This document shows positions 1 to 11,073 of a stretch of DNA of 64,000 nucleotides, piece after piece; the stretch's first letter is position 1; every line of letters begins with the position of its first letter. The stretch lies in NCBI GenBank assembly GCA_963765205.1, contig CAVXVB010000005.1, positions 416,001 to 480,000 on the forward strand, read 5' to 3'. The notes under the pieces are model-generated. The model made no database searches, had not been told where the DNA came from, and saw only the letters and a list, made by a program, of their open reading frames with translations. This DNA is from an uncultured Verrucomicrobiae bacterium (lineage in GTDB: Bacteria; Verrucomicrobiota; Verrucomicrobiia; Opitutales; JABDGR01). The translations under genes were made by a program, and so were the position numbers.

Positions 1-1731
1 CGCGGAACAGGGCCAGAGCCTCCTCGCCGTTGGTGGAGGCGACGGTGGTGTAGCCGTGCATGTCCAGCAGGTTTTTGATGCAGTCGGCAAAGTTCGGGTC
101 GTCCTCGACCAGGAGAATGCGCTCGTGCCCGTTGGGCAGGCCGCCGGGGGCGTCCTCCCGCAGCACGCCCTTTTGCGACTGGGCGACGAGGGCCGGCAGA
201 TAAATGGTGAAGACGGCGCCTTTGTCGGGCTCACTTTGCACGTCAATGCGGCCGTGGTTTTGCTTGATGAGGCTGTAAACCATGGCGAGGCCGAGGCCGG
301 TGCCCTTGCCGACTTCCTTGGTGGTGAAAAACGGCTCGAAGATCTTGTCGCGGATTTCGAAGGGAATCCCGCAGCCGGTGTCCGCCACACTGAGCAGCAA
401 ATAAACGCCGGGGCCATGCAGGTTGAGGCGGGCGGCCTCGAGCGAATCAAATTTGCGCGTGGCCAGGCTGATGGTGATGCGGCCGGCCTCGGCGATGGCG
501 TCGCGGGCATTCAGGCAGAGGTTCACCAGCACTTGCTCAATCTGGCCGGGGTCGGTGAACAATTGCGGCAGCGCCGGCGGCGCGTCCACCACCAGTTCGA
601 TGTTTTCGCGGATGACCGGCCGCATCATCTTCTCGACCTCGCGCACCACTTCGGCCGGGTTGACGGCCTGGGGGGGGATGACACGCGCCGGCTGAAGGTC
701 ATCAGGCGCGCCACCAATTCGGCACCGCGCTGGCCCGCGGTGCGGATGTTGCGGTAGTATTTTTCGAGCGGGTCGTTCGGTTTGGCCTTCAACAGGAGCA
801 AGTCCGCGTAGGAATTAATGATGGCGAGCAAGTTGTTGAAATCATGGGAAATGCCTCCGGCGAGGCGGCCGACGGCGTCCAGTTTCTGCGCCCGGCGGAT
901 GTTTTCCTCGAGCTGGTCCAGTTGGGTCACGTCCCGCAGGATGATGACGCGGCCCGTCGCCGTTCCATCCGGATCGGCCAGCGCGTTGGTTTGGACTTGG
1001 ACGAGGCGGCCCTCGGTCTGGGCGCTCATCAGTAAAAACGGGTGCTCCGGCTCGGTGTGAAAGCCGGGTTGGAGCAAGCGTTCGGCGATTTCCGGCAACC
1101 GGGTGCGGGTTTCGCGCTCACGCAAATCGAGCAATTCCGCCAGGGGCCGGCCCACGCCATCGGTGGCCGACCGGCCCAGCACCTGCTCACAGGCGGGGTT
1201 GAGGTAGGTTACCCGACCGGCGGCATCGGTGGTCAGCACATAATCTTGCAGTGCGCCGAGGGTCGCGGCCAGCCGTTGTTCGGTGGCTTTGCCGACGCGG
1301 TCGAGCCGTGCTTTGTAGAGCGCCATCTCAATGGTGATGAGCACCTCTTTTTCGCGGTAGGGCTTGAGCAGGTAGGCGAAGGGGGCGGTTCGTCGTGCGC
1401 GATCGAGGGTGGCCTGGTCGGAAAAAGCGGTGAGGTAAATGAGCGGCACCGCATGGTTGCGCAGGATTTTTTTGGCGGTCTCCACCCCGTCCTGCGCCCC
1501 CGTGATATTGATGTCCATCAACAGGAGATCCGGCTTGGTCTCGTTCACCAACTGGCAGGCCTGCTCACCGGAAGAGGCGAGGCCCGCGATTTCGTAATGC
1601 CCGCGCTCAAGGATCTTTTGCAGGATAAAGGCCGAGCTAGGATCATCTTCCACGATGAAGATCCGGGCTGGCGCCGATGGGTTGTGCACGGCGCCAGTAA
1701 TTGCGACCGTCGGAGGCGGAGGGATGCTCAT
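1..1731 (-). CDS. Hybrid sensor histidine kinase (REC-PAS-HisKA-HATPase-REC); frameshift at G8 run 670-677; runs off window start
   Basis: ORF 625..1824 gives REC (IFIVEDD..LMDI), PAS and H-box [13 protein letters not shown]. After a frame change at 670-677 the minus strand continues [38 protein letters not shown] and a second REC (ILLVEDD). Confidence 0.88.
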
Positions 1732-1835
1732 GAGCGCGCGCCGAAAGATGCCCGGCGCCAGCAACGGCAGCCTGATACATGGTCGCGTTCCTAATCTTAA
1801 TCCACCCTCCGGGCCTGGTGGCAAGCAAATCCAGT

Positions 1836-1950
1836 CGGGTTAACACCCTAGTTTCTTAAGAATAATCGAGTAGATTTCATGAATTTTGCAATAACACCCG
1901 TGCCTTCACATCTTCACTCGCGCGCAAAACGAACCGGGTTAACACCCTAG
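1836..1950. promoter_or_regulatory. 16-bp perfect direct repeat CGGGTTAACACCCTAG (1836-1851, 1935-1950), likely transcription-factor sites in a divergent promoter
   Basis: Two identical copies 99 bp apart in the AT-rich intergenic region between the kinase and the NarL-type regulator. Confidence 0.55.
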
Positions 1951-2203
1951 ATTTTGAGAAAATATTGTGTAGTTTGCTTAAATCCTGCAATAATACGGTT
2001 GCTTCCATGGCCGCGGTGGGCATAAGAATAAGAAACGGGTGAAGGCTCTTTGATGAAATCTCCGGGCGAAAAAAGAGGCGCTCGCGGCCCCATTTTCTCC
2101 TGTATTTGCCAAGGTTGAAACCTTATTATTAAATAAGTATAATCCCTAACTTGCTTGACGGGCCATTGGTGCGCCCGCCGGCCCCTGTTTCCCAACTCCC
2201 ACC

Positions 2204-2854
2204 ATGAAACGAGTGGTCATTATTGAAGATGAAACGATGTTGCGCGACTTGCTGGCCGAGCTGCTCAAGAATTTCCCGCTCTGCACCCTCGCTGGGGCCT
2301 ATGGCGACGGGCTGGAGGGCTGGAAGGCGCTCCAGAAGGTCAAGCCCGACATGGTGATTTTGGACATCAAGCTGCCGTCCCTCAACGGCTTGGAGATATT
2401 GCGCCGGCTGCGCGAGCAGTTGCCCAACTGCAATGTTCTGCTCTTTAGCGCCTTTTTCAGCACCAGCATGGTGCGCCAGGCCCTCAAGGCCGGCGCCAAC
2501 GGCATCATTGAGAAAACCGCCGGCCTGCCGGAAATGGAAAAAGCCATCCGCGCCGTGCTGGACAGCGGCACCTACCTCGGCCCCGGCGTGGCGGACATGG
2601 TGCGCCGCATCATGATTGAACCGAACAAGGACGATTCCCTGGAAAGCCTGTCCGAGCGCGAACGTGAAGTCCTCCAGTATGTCGCCGAGGGCTACAGCAC
2701 CAAGGAAATCGCCGTCAAACTTTCCATCAGTGTAAAAACGGCCGAGACGCACCGCTCGAATTTGATGACCAAGCTCAACTTGCACGGCATCGCGGGGCTG
2801 ACGCGTTATGCCATTGAGCAGGGATTGATCAAATCCTCGGCTCCACTCGCCTAA
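2204..2854 (+). CDS. NarL/FixJ (LuxR) family DNA-binding response regulator
   Basis: REC (IIEDE, ILDIKLP) plus LuxR HTH LSEREREVL...KEIA..L.IS.KTAETHRSNLM.KL. Confidence 0.93.
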   Translation: MKRVVIIEDETMLRDLLAELLKNFPLCTLAGAYGDGLEGWKALQKVKPDMVILDIKLPSLNGLEILRRLREQLPNCNVLLFSAFFSTSMVRQALKAGANGIIEKTAGLPEMEKAIRAVLDSGTYLGPGVADMVRRIMIEPNKDDSLESLSEREREVLQYVAEGYSTKEIAVKLSISVKTAETHRSNLMTKLNLHGIAGLTRYAIEQGLIKSSAPLA

Positions 2855-4797
2855 GCGCCCGCGCGCGCGCGGGTGTCTGCGACGACGGCATCCATCCAGG
2901 CCGCGAATTTGGGCTGGAGCGCGGCGGCGAGCGCAGGCCGCCCGGCCGGTTCGGCGAGAGGTTCTTTTGCGAAAAAATAGATTTTTAATTTCGGCTCGGT
3001 GCCACTGCCGCGGATCGCGCAGCGCCAGCCGCCGGCCAGTTCATAAAGCAGGAAATCCTCGAGTGGCACCCGCTCACCTTCCTCGTCATGGTGTTCCTGC
3101 AAAAAGTCCTGCACCTGTTCAACTGCGCGCCCGCCCAAGGCGTTGGGCGGGTCGGCGCGCAACGAAGCGAGCGCACGCTGGATTTGCGCTACGCCCGCGG
3201 CGCCTTCGAAGGTCAGGGTGCGCAGGGCTTCCTGGTGATAGCCGAAGCGGGCGGACAAAGCGTCCAGCGCGGCGGTGGCCGTCTCTCCGCGCGCGGTAAA
3301 CCAGGCGGCCAGCTCTGCGCACAGGGCGGCGGTGGCATTGGCGTCCTTGTCACGGGCGGCGTCGCCAGCTAGGCAGCCGTAGCTTTCCTCGGCGGCGAAG
3401 ACCATCCAAGCCGAGTGACGCAGATACAACGCGGCGCACTCGCGCGATGGGAGCGCGGCCAGGTCCGCCGGGGTGCGCAGGTCGCCCGCGGCGGCCAGCG
3501 AAGCGATTAGCCGCAGCTCATATTTTTGCAGTTTGGCGCCCATCCATTTGAAGCCCGTCAGCGTGTTCACGCAACGGACCCCGTGGGCACGGGCCAGGGC
3601 GTCGAGCAGCTGGGTGGTCACGAAAGTTTTCAAAAGCACGGCCTTGGGCGAGCCGGCCGGAGGCAGCCAGCCGAGTTCCTTCGCGCGGGTTAATCGGTAG
3701 TCGGCGAGCAAGGCGCCGAGTTCGTTGCCCGTCAGCGCGCGGTAGCTGCCGTCGGCCTCGCGAAAAACCGCGCCGAGGCGGTCGGCATCAGGGTCGGTGG
3801 CGAGGCCGGCGGCGGCTTGCGTGGCGCGCGCCCGCTCGACCACTTGGGCGAGCGCGCGCGGGTCTTCCGGATTGGGCGAGGGCACCGTGGGAAAGCGGGC
3901 GTCCGGTTGCATTTGCGCGGCCACTTCCACGACCTCCGCGCCGAGCCGGCGCAGCAGGCCGGGAATGACCACGCCGCCCGTGCCGTGCAGCGCCGAGTAA
4001 ACGATGCGCGGGCGGCGTTCGCGAATCAGCGGCGCATCGAACACCACTTGCGTGACGGCGTCGGAATATTTATTTTCAATATCAGAAGATACGATGTGCC
4101 AGCCGGTGCCCTGGGCGGCCGCGGCGTCACGCAACACCGGCCCCAATTCCTGCGGTTGCACGGCGCGCACGGCGGAGACAATGGCGTCCGCCAAGGGTGG
4201 CACGACTTGGCCGCCATGCGCGGCATAAACCTTGTAGCCGTTGTCGTGCGGCGGATTGTGGCTCGCCGTCAGCACGATGCCGGTGTCAGCCCCGAGCGCA
4301 CGCACGGAAAAACTCAATTGCGGCGTCGAGCGCGGGCCGGGGCACAGCCAGGCCTCGCCGCCCAGGCCCGACCACACGCGTGCGCATAATTCCGCAAAAT
4401 AGCGCGAAAAATGCCGCACGTCGTGCGCGATAACCAGCCGCAGGCGCGAATGCCGGGCCGGGCCGGCGGCCTGCACGCTGCGAAATAGGCCCATGGTTGC
4501 GCGCGCGACGGTGACATCGTTGAGCGTGTTTGCGCCGATGGCGGGATGGGCGGGATTATCCACCCCGCCGGGGCCGAGTTCCGTGGGCGCGGGGTGCCGG
4601 CCGATAACGCGGCCTCTCATGCCGCCGGTGCCAAAACTCAAGTCGCGAAAAAAACGGTCCTCCAATTCCTCCCAAGCGTGCGCGGCCTCCAATTCGTCCA
4701 GCGCGGTGCGGGCCCAGGCGGGCAAAAAGGCGTCCGCGCGCCAGGCGGCGAAGCGTTCACGGGCGGCGGGGGAAAGTTGGGGAGGGTTATTATTCAC
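2851..4797 (-). CDS. pgm: Phosphoglucomutase/phosphomannomutase (alpha-D-phosphohexomutase)
   Basis: FGTGGMRG, catalytic TASHNP, metal loop DPDADR, EESYG, RGSGTEPKLK. Confidence 0.88.
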   Translation of the reverse strand: MNNNPPQLSPAARERFAAWRADAFLPAWARTALDELEAAHAWEELEDRFFRDLSFGTGGMRGRVIGRHPAPTELGPGGVDNPAHPAIGANTLNDVTVARATMGLFRSVQAAGPARHSRLRLVIAHDVRHFSRYFAELCARVWSGLGGEAWLCPGPRSTPQLSFSVRALGADTGIVLTASHNPPHDNGYKVYAAHGGQVVPPLADAIVSAVRAVQPQELGPVLRDAAAAQGTGWHIVSSDIENKYSDAVTQVVFDAPLIRERRPRIVYSALHGTGGVVIPGLLRRLGAEVVEVAAQMQPDARFPTVPSPNPEDPRALAQVVERARATQAAAGLATDPDADRLGAVFREADGSYRALTGNELGALLADYRLTRAKELGWLPPAGSPKAVLLKTFVTTQLLDALARAHGVRCVNTLTGFKWMGAKLQKYELRLIASLAAAGDLRTPADLAALPSRECAALYLRHSAWMVFAAEESYGCLAGDAARDKDANATAALCAELAAWFTARGETATAALDALSARFGYHQEALRTLTFEGAAGVAQIQRALASLRADPPNALGGRAVEQVQDFLQEHHDEEGERVPLEDFLLYELAGGWRCAIRGSGTEPKLKIYFFAKEPLAEPAGRPALAAALQPKFAAWMDAVVADTRARAGA

Positions 4798-4881
4798 CGC
4801 AAAGGCGCAAAGGGGGAGGTGATGGGAGAGAGGGGGGGAATAAGATTTATTTTTGGCGGTCTTGGCTGCTTGGCGGTGAAC

Positions 4882-6330
4882 CTAGGCCAGAAGCAAGCCT
4901 TCGGCAAGTGGCGGTTTGGGGTCGAGCGCCTGCCAGCGCGCGGCCACGCTGGCGGCATCGTCACCGAAGAGCGGGCTGATTTCCAGCGCAAAGGATGGCA
5001 GGCCTGACGCGTCCACCGGCACGGTCGCGCCGGCGGCGCGCAACCAGCGCGCGAACTGGCGCAATTGGTCGTCCTGGCACGATTGGACGGAGTCCACGCC
5101 CATGGCGTTTTTTACCGGGGAAAAATCCTCCGCGCGGTCGGTCTCGATGATGGTGGCCTGACGTGCGAAGGGCAGGGCGTCGAACACAAACATTTCGAAT
5201 TTCACGCCATTGGGCTTTTCCGGTTGTCGTGGGCGGCCGGCGGGTCCACGGTCGCGATCTTTTTATCCGCCCGGTGGAAGGGCAGGCGGAGGGTGGCGCC
5301 GCGCGCCGCACCCAGGCGCGCGACAAATTCGCGGTCAAGCACATGGATGCCGATCGAACCGGCACGGTAGCGCAACACGCCGCCGGGGGCGCACTCCTCA
5401 GCCAGTGCGCGCGGCAGGTCGCTGTATTCGACCACGATGACGCGGCCTAGCTCATCGAGGCACAAGTTGCCGATTTTCTCGTCCGGGCCGCGCTTGGGGA
5501 TCATTTTGGTGGACATTTCGGAACCAGTTTCCAGATGGAAGCCAATGAATTCCGGGTCCACGCAACGCACAAGGGGATTGTCCACTTGGAAATAACTCAG
5601 CACCTCAACGTCCTGGGCGCGCAGGGCATCCACCGCGCCGCTGCGCACGAGGGCGCGCAGCGCGCCGCCGTGCCCGTCGGGGCTGAGCGCGATGCGACCG
5701 GGGGCTTCGAGCAGGATTTTGCCATTAAAGTCCACCGCCGGCATGGTGCCTTGCGGGAAAAAATGCACACGGGCTGGTTCGAGGCCAAAAAAATTGCTCT
5801 TTGCGAAAAAATCCTGGGTGGCGGCGTGGTTGGCCGGGCTGGTCATAATCAGCCATGGGGGCGTGGGGCCAAAACGCCGGCCGGCGGCCAAAATTTTCTC
5901 CGCAAAAACTTGAAAAAGCGAATGCCGGCGGACGGGCGTTACAGGAAACGCGCCTTTGGGGCCAGCATAGCCCAGGCGCGTGCCCTGACCGCCGGCCACG
6001 GTGAAGCACGCGACGCACCCGGCACGCAACGCTTCTTCGCCGCGCCGCCGCGCTTGCGCCCATTGGGCGGCATCGCCACCATTTTCCGGCCCGCGCCAGG
6101 CAGGGAGCCGGCCGCAGATTGGAAAAATCAACCGCCGACGGGTGGTCGCTGCGCAAATGTGTTTCCACCAGCCAGGCGATTTCCGCGAGGTCAACAGTTG
6201 CGGCCTGTTCGCTCAAGGCGGCCTGGTCGGCGGGCGTCAGTTGATCCCAAAATTGAAAGACCTGCCCTTGGCCGGCACATTCGTAGGCGTCGCGAATGGC
6301 GGCGGAGGTATCGGCGGGAGCGGATTTCAT
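4882..6330 (-). CDS. UDPGP type-1 family UTP:(N-acetyl)hexosamine/glucose-1-phosphate uridylyltransferase, split by two frameshifts (~6091, ~5243)
   Basis: Three consecutive ORFs give GQGQVFQFW (N-term), AGGQGTRLG..PKG, PDGHGG, QVDNPL, VEYSDL, then KFEMFVFDALP and FSPVKNA (C-term). Confidence 0.85.
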
Positions 6331-6430
6331 GCAACGGCCGGAAAAGAAGGAACGTTAAGGACTGCGGTGGGCGGGGTTGGCGCTGGCATCCGCCGGCGGC
6401 GGCGAAGTTAGGAGGGGAGGCCGCGCCGAG

Positions 6431-6757
6431 TCAAGGTTGCCCGCCGCGCCGGCGCCGGTGAGGGGGGTCCACGTCGAAGCGATAAATGAGTTCGTCGGGC
6501 CGCGCATAGACGAGGCGCTCGCGGGCGATGTAGTCGAGAAAGCCAGGGTCGTGCTGCAGGCGTTGCAAAAATTCCTGGGCCTTTTGGAGTTCCAATTTCT
6601 GCGCGTCAAGCTGGGTTTGCGCCGCGTCCTGCTTTTGACGGAAAAGGTCCACTTGGAGCTGGGCGTCGTGGATCAGTTTCGCGGCGTAAGCGCCGCCGAG
6701 CGCCAGCAGCACCGCCAGCACTCCCGAGAGAAACTTGTAAAACGTCCCGGATTTCAT
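6431..6757 (-). CDS. Septum formation initiator (FtsB/DivIC family)
   Basis: Single N-terminal TM helix, coiled coil, LQHDPGFLDYIARERLVYARPDELIYRF motif. Confidence 0.8.
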   Translation of the reverse strand: MKSGTFYKFLSGVLAVLLALGGAYAAKLIHDAQLQVDLFRQKQDAAQTQLDAQKLELQKAQEFLQRLQHDPGFLDYIARERLVYARPDELIYRFDVDPPHRRRRGGQP

Positions 6758-6827
6758 GGCCTACGCATTAGCGCACACCAACCGGAGAAAAAGGCAAGAC
6801 CAGAAGAAACGCGGCAGGCACAATTTC

Positions 6828-7577
6828 TCAGGCCAGCCCCGCAAGAATCAGCACGGCCGGCAGCGCGAGCGCGCCATCCGCCAGGGCTGGGCCGAGCCGG
6901 GGGTGCGCCAAGGTGTTGGGAAACACGGCGAGGGCGGTCAACGCCAAGCCGGCGGCGGCCAGTCCGGGCCGGCCCACTGCCCTCGCCGCCAGCACGCCGG
7001 CAAACGCGAGCGCCGCCGCGCCACGCGCCGCCACCGGCGGCCCCCAGAGCACCACGGCGCTGCGCACGCCGGCCCGCGCGTCGGCCTCGCCATCCTTGAG
7101 GTCGCAGAGCAGCGCGTTGGCGGCAAACAATGCGAACAGGGCGGCGCCAAATGGCGGGAAGAGCAAATCGGATGCATTCCCCAGCACGGGAAATCCCACA
7201 CTCGCGGCGGTCCACCCACCCGCGACCAAGACGGTTTTGCCCAGCGGCCACTTTTTCCACCGCCGGTAGGTCAGGCCGCCGACCCCCAACACCGCAGCCA
7301 GCGCGATCTTCCACCCTGGCAGCCACCATGCGGCCACCCCACCGGCCAGGCTCGCCACCGCAGCCAGGGTTAGCGCCGCGTCCCCGCGTCGCGTGGGATG
7401 GTCGGCCCAAAAATCCAGCGCATAGGCGGCGACGACCCCTGCGGCAAACAGAACCACGCCAGCTGGCGACAGGGGCCGCCCGGTGGCATGCACAACCAGG
7501 ACCACGGTCGAACAACAAACCGCCAGCGGGCCGAGCAGCCAGACTGCCGCGCAAAATTCTTCCAATTCCTCCTTCAT
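6828..7577 (-). CDS. UbiA prenyltransferase-like membrane protein
   Basis: Multi-TM; Asp motifs YALDFWAD and CDLKDGEADARAGVRS. Confidence 0.65.
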   Translation of the reverse strand: MKEELEEFCAAVWLLGPLAVCCSTVVLVVHATGRPLSPAGVVLFAAGVVAAYALDFWADHPTRRGDAALTLAAVASLAGGVAAWWLPGWKIALAAVLGVGGLTYRRWKKWPLGKTVLVAGGWTAASVGFPVLGNASDLLFPPFGAALFALFAANALLCDLKDGEADARAGVRSAVVLWGPPVAARGAAALAFAGVLAARAVGRPGLAAAGLALTALAVFPNTLAHPRLGPALADGALALPAVLILAGLA

Positions 7578-7701
7578 CGCACAGCTTTCTAACACAATGC
7601 GCGCACGACGGCAACCCTCGGCTCGGGGCGGGACTCGCGGTGGCCGCAAGCCGGCCGCCAGGGCGGGCGGCACGGTCCGGCCAAAGAATTATCAAAAAAA
7701 A

Positions 7702-8819
7702 TTAATCTTTAAGTTTTCTGAGCTTCACCGGGCGGCCGCCGGCGCGGGCGGATTGCAGGCAGGCGTCGAGCACTTGTTGGGTCTGGAGCGAGATGGTTGG
7801 CCAGAACGGGTCGAGGCGGCCTGACTGCGCCTGCCGCGTGAAACTGCGAATCATGTTCACCTCCTGGGCATCGGCATGACTGTTACCGTGCTCGCGGACT
7901 TTCCAGTGGCGCGGACTGGGCATCATGCTGGCATCGCAGCCCACAAACCGGTAATCCATATTGCCGGTGTCGAAGCCGAGCGCGCTGCCCTGGAAGGGCA
8001 GCACGAAGTCGTCGAGCGATAGATACCCGAGCGTGCCGCTGATATGCACCCGTTGCTCGAGCGCAGTGATAAACGCGCAGTAAAAATCGCAGGACGCGCC
8101 GCCGGGGAAAAACAGCTCGCCGGAAAATTCCACCGGCGTCGGCGCCGCGCCGCGCGCCTTGGTTACGCTGGACAAAATTCGCCCGGCCACCCGTTCAGGC
8201 AGTTGCCAGTTCATGGCCCATAACGCGATGCGGATGCAATACCAACCCTGGTCGCCCAACGTGCCCTGTGGTTCAAGCCGGCTGTCGGCGCGGATGTTGG
8301 TCTGATAAAATTGCTGGTCCGTGTTGAACTGGAACGCCGTGCTGATGCGCCGGATTTTTCCGACGGTGTGGCCATCGTCAAGGACGGCGCGCATGCGCTG
8401 GAGCCGCTTGGTGTGCATGAACATGACGCCGTCCATAAACTGGACGCGATGACGCCGGCAGGCGGCGAGCATCTCCTGCAAATCGGCCACGCAGGGGCGC
8501 AGGGCTTTTCACACAACACATGCTTGCCGGCCGTGGCCGCGCGCAGCACCCACTCCTTGCGCAGCCCGGTGGGCAGGGGGATGTAGATTGCGTCGAGGTC
8601 TGGGGCCGCGATCAGTTCCTCATAACTGCCGACGGCGCGCGGCATTTGAGCGAACGGCACTTCCGCCTGGCACTCGGCGATATAGCGCTCGCAACGCGCG
8701 AGGTCGCGGCTGGCTACGGCGGCCACGATGCCGTTTTGCGAGCGGCGGATGGCTTGCCAGATTTTGCGCCCAATTTGGGCGGTGCTGAGGATGCCCCAGC
8801 GGAGTTTGTTTTTTTTCAT
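7702..8819 (-). CDS. Gfo/Idh/MocA family oxidoreductase (frameshift at G4 run ~8494-8497)
   Basis: LRWGILSTAQIG, YIPLPTGL, GKHVLCEKP in one frame; MDGVMFMH and GTLGDQGWY in the next. Confidence 0.85.
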
Positions 8820-8880
8820 GGGCGGGCTTTGCTCCAACGTGGGATATTCACACCCATTGTGCTGGACGTCGTCAATTTTT

Positions 8881-10242
8881 TTAAGGTTCGAATTCGTCGG
8901 CCCACGGTGACGGCAGGGCGGCAATGGCGGCCATGATCCGTTGGGCAATGACCTCATAGCGGTGCGGGTCGCTGGAGCCGGGGTCGTAGTCGCGCGGCGT
9001 GAGTACGCGCCCATAGGTGACACCGAGGCGGTAGAACGGCCGGGGGAGGAATTGGCGGCGGTTGAAAGTTTCGAACGTGCCAAAAATGCGCACCGGCACC
9101 ACGGGCACGCCGGGCTTGCCGGCCAGCAAGCCGATGCCGCGCCGCGCCGGCTGCAAGCGCCCGTCCCGCGTGCGCGTGCCTTCGGGGAAAACCTGCAAGC
9201 CCTCGCCGGCCTTCAGCGCCGCAAACACGCGCTTGAACGCGCCGATGTCGCCATCCCCGTCGCGATCCACGGGAATGCATTTGAGATGGTTAAGAATCCA
9301 GGCCAGCGCGCGGGTGTCCCACAAATCCTTGCGCGCAAAATAGCAAATCGGCCGCGGCAGGAAGCAGCCCGCCAGCAACGGGTCGAGAAAACTTGCATGG
9401 TTCGAGGCAAGCAAAAACGCGCCGGTGGTCGGGATATTTTCGACACCCCTCGCTTCCGCGCGGCCCGCCACCTGCATGAACCCGCGCGCGGCCTGCCACA
9501 CCAGCCGGTAAAACCACGAGAATTGCACCGCCGCTTCGTTGGCGCGCAAAGTCGCGCGGGCGGCCACGACCAATTCGGCGGCGCGCGCGGTTACATCGTC
9601 CAGGCTCAGGTTCGAGGAGTCAATCACCGTCGCGCCAGGCGGGCAAGTCAGAGGGGCGGTGGCGCGCGCGGAGTCGAGCCGGTCGCGCTCGGCCACCGCG
9701 TCGGCCTGGCCCTCGGCGGCGCGGCGGCGTGCGCGCATCGCGGGGTCGGCGGTGAGGAAAATGCGCAGTGGCGCGTCGGGAAAAATCACCGAGCCGATGT
9801 CGCGCCCTTCCATGACCAGCCCGGCAAAGTCCTGCGCGCGCGCCACCGCCGCCTGGCGGCGCTGGTAGTCAAAAAGATAACGGCGCACCGCTGGTTGCGC
9901 CGCGAAGCGCGACACGCTGGCATTGACTTCCGGGCTGCGCAAGGCTTCGGGTTCCGGCGCCTTTCCGTTGAGCGTGAGGAGCGCGGCGCGCCCTTCCACC
10001 CGCGTATCCAGCGGCAAGTTTTGCAGGACGTCGTCCACCGCCGCGGAATTCTCCGGCGCGACGCCCGCGCGGCGCAGCGCGAGGGTCACGGCGCGGTAAT
10101 GCGCGCCGGTGTCCACATGCAAAAAGTTGAACCGCTGCGCGAGGGCGCGCGCCAGCGAGGACTTGCCGGAGGCCGCGCCGCCATCCACGGCGACGATGAG
10201 GAAGGGTTCGAATTGAGGAACGGGCACGGCGGGACTATTCAT
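8881..10242 (-). CDS. cmk: Cytidylate kinase fused to 1-acyl-sn-glycerol-3-phosphate acyltransferase (Cmk-PlsC)
   Basis: VDGGAASGKSS, DTGAHYRA, EGRDIGSVIFPDA, then NHASFLD and FPEGTR in one reading frame. Confidence 0.88.
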   Translation of the reverse strand: MNSPAVPVPQFEPFLIVAVDGGAASGKSSLARALAQRFNFLHVDTGAHYRAVTLALRRAGVAPENSAAVDDVLQNLPLDTRVEGRAALLTLNGKAPEPEALRSPEVNASVSRFAAQPAVRRYLFDYQRRQAAVARAQDFAGLVMEGRDIGSVIFPDAPLRIFLTADPAMRARRRAAEGQADAVAERDRLDSARATAPLTCPPGATVIDSSNLSLDDVTARAAELVVAARATLRANEAAVQFSWFYRLVWQAARGFMQVAGRAEARGVENIPTTGAFLLASNHASFLDPLLAGCFLPRPICYFARKDLWDTRALAWILNHLKCIPVDRDGDGDIGAFKRVFAALKAGEGLQVFPEGTRTRDGRLQPARRGIGLLAGKPGVPVVPVRIFGTFETFNRRQFLPRPFYRLGVTYGRVLTPRDYDPGSSDPHRYEVIAQRIMAAIAALPSPWADEFEP

Positions 10243-10285
10243 TAAAGGCGGCGCGGAGGCAATTGAGTAAGTCTCGCTTTCACGT

Positions 10286-11020
10286 TCAAGGCGCGCGGGC
10301 CAGCGCCAGCAAATCGGCCAGTTCAACTTTCTTTTCGTAAAGGGCCTTGCCGACGATGACACCTTCGAGGCGCGGGTGGGCACGGGCGATTTCCGCCAAG
10401 CGGGCGATGTCCTCGCGCCGGGCCACCCCGCCTGAGGCAATGAGGCGCGCGGGTGTGGCGCGCAGCATGGCCTCCTGCGCCTTGAAATTCGGGCCGGTCA
10501 TCATGCCGTCGGTGGCAATGTCGGTGTGGATGATGGTCTGGATGCCGAGGTCGCACACCCGCCGCGCCAATTCCTCGGCGCGAACCACGGAGACGTTTTT
10601 CCAACCCTCAACGGCGACGCGCCCGTCGCGCGCGTCAATCCCGACCGCCAGTCGTTCGGCGCCGAAACGATGAACGAGGCCGGTGACGAATTCCGGGTGG
10701 GTGCAGGCGCGCGTGCCGATGACGACGCGCCGCACGCCGGCATGAAAAGCCTGCTCAACGTCGTCCAGCGTGCGCAGGCCGCCGCCCAGTTGCACAAGAA
10801 GCCCCGTGGCGGCGATGCGCGCGACGTGCGCGAGGTTGCGCGGCACGCCCTCGAACGCGCCATCCAAATCCACCACATGAACCCAGGTCGTGCCGGCGGC
10901 CTGAAAGGCGAGGGCAGGCTCGACAGGGTCCTCGAAATAGACGGTTTCCTCCGTGGCGCGGCCCTGGGTCAGGCGCACGCACCGGCCGTTTTTGAGGTCA
11001 ATCGCGGGAAAAATCTGCAC
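10286..11020 (-). CDS. hisA: ProFAR isomerase
   Basis: PAIDLKNGRCVRLTQG, HVVDLDGA, QLGGGLR, TDIATDGMMTGPN. Confidence 0.95.
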   Translation of the reverse strand: MQIFPAIDLKNGRCVRLTQGRATEETVYFEDPVEPALAFQAAGTTWVHVVDLDGAFEGVPRNLAHVARIAATGLLVQLGGGLRTLDDVEQAFHAGVRRVVIGTRACTHPEFVTGLVHRFGAERLAVGIDARDGRVAVEGWKNVSVVRAEELARRVCDLGIQTIIHTDIATDGMMTGPNFKAQEAMLRATPARLIASGGVARREDIARLAEIARAHPRLEGVIVGKALYEKKVELADLLALARAP

Positions 11021-11073
11021 GCTGAAACATGAATGTTGCGCCGGGGCGCCGCAACTGCAAAGCGCGCCGGGTC

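Noticed and set aside
4882..6330. Eukaryote-like UDPGP/UAP enzyme as a novel gene transfer or a pseudogene
   Set aside because: The family is already known in PVC bacteria, and the breaks look like sequencing indels.
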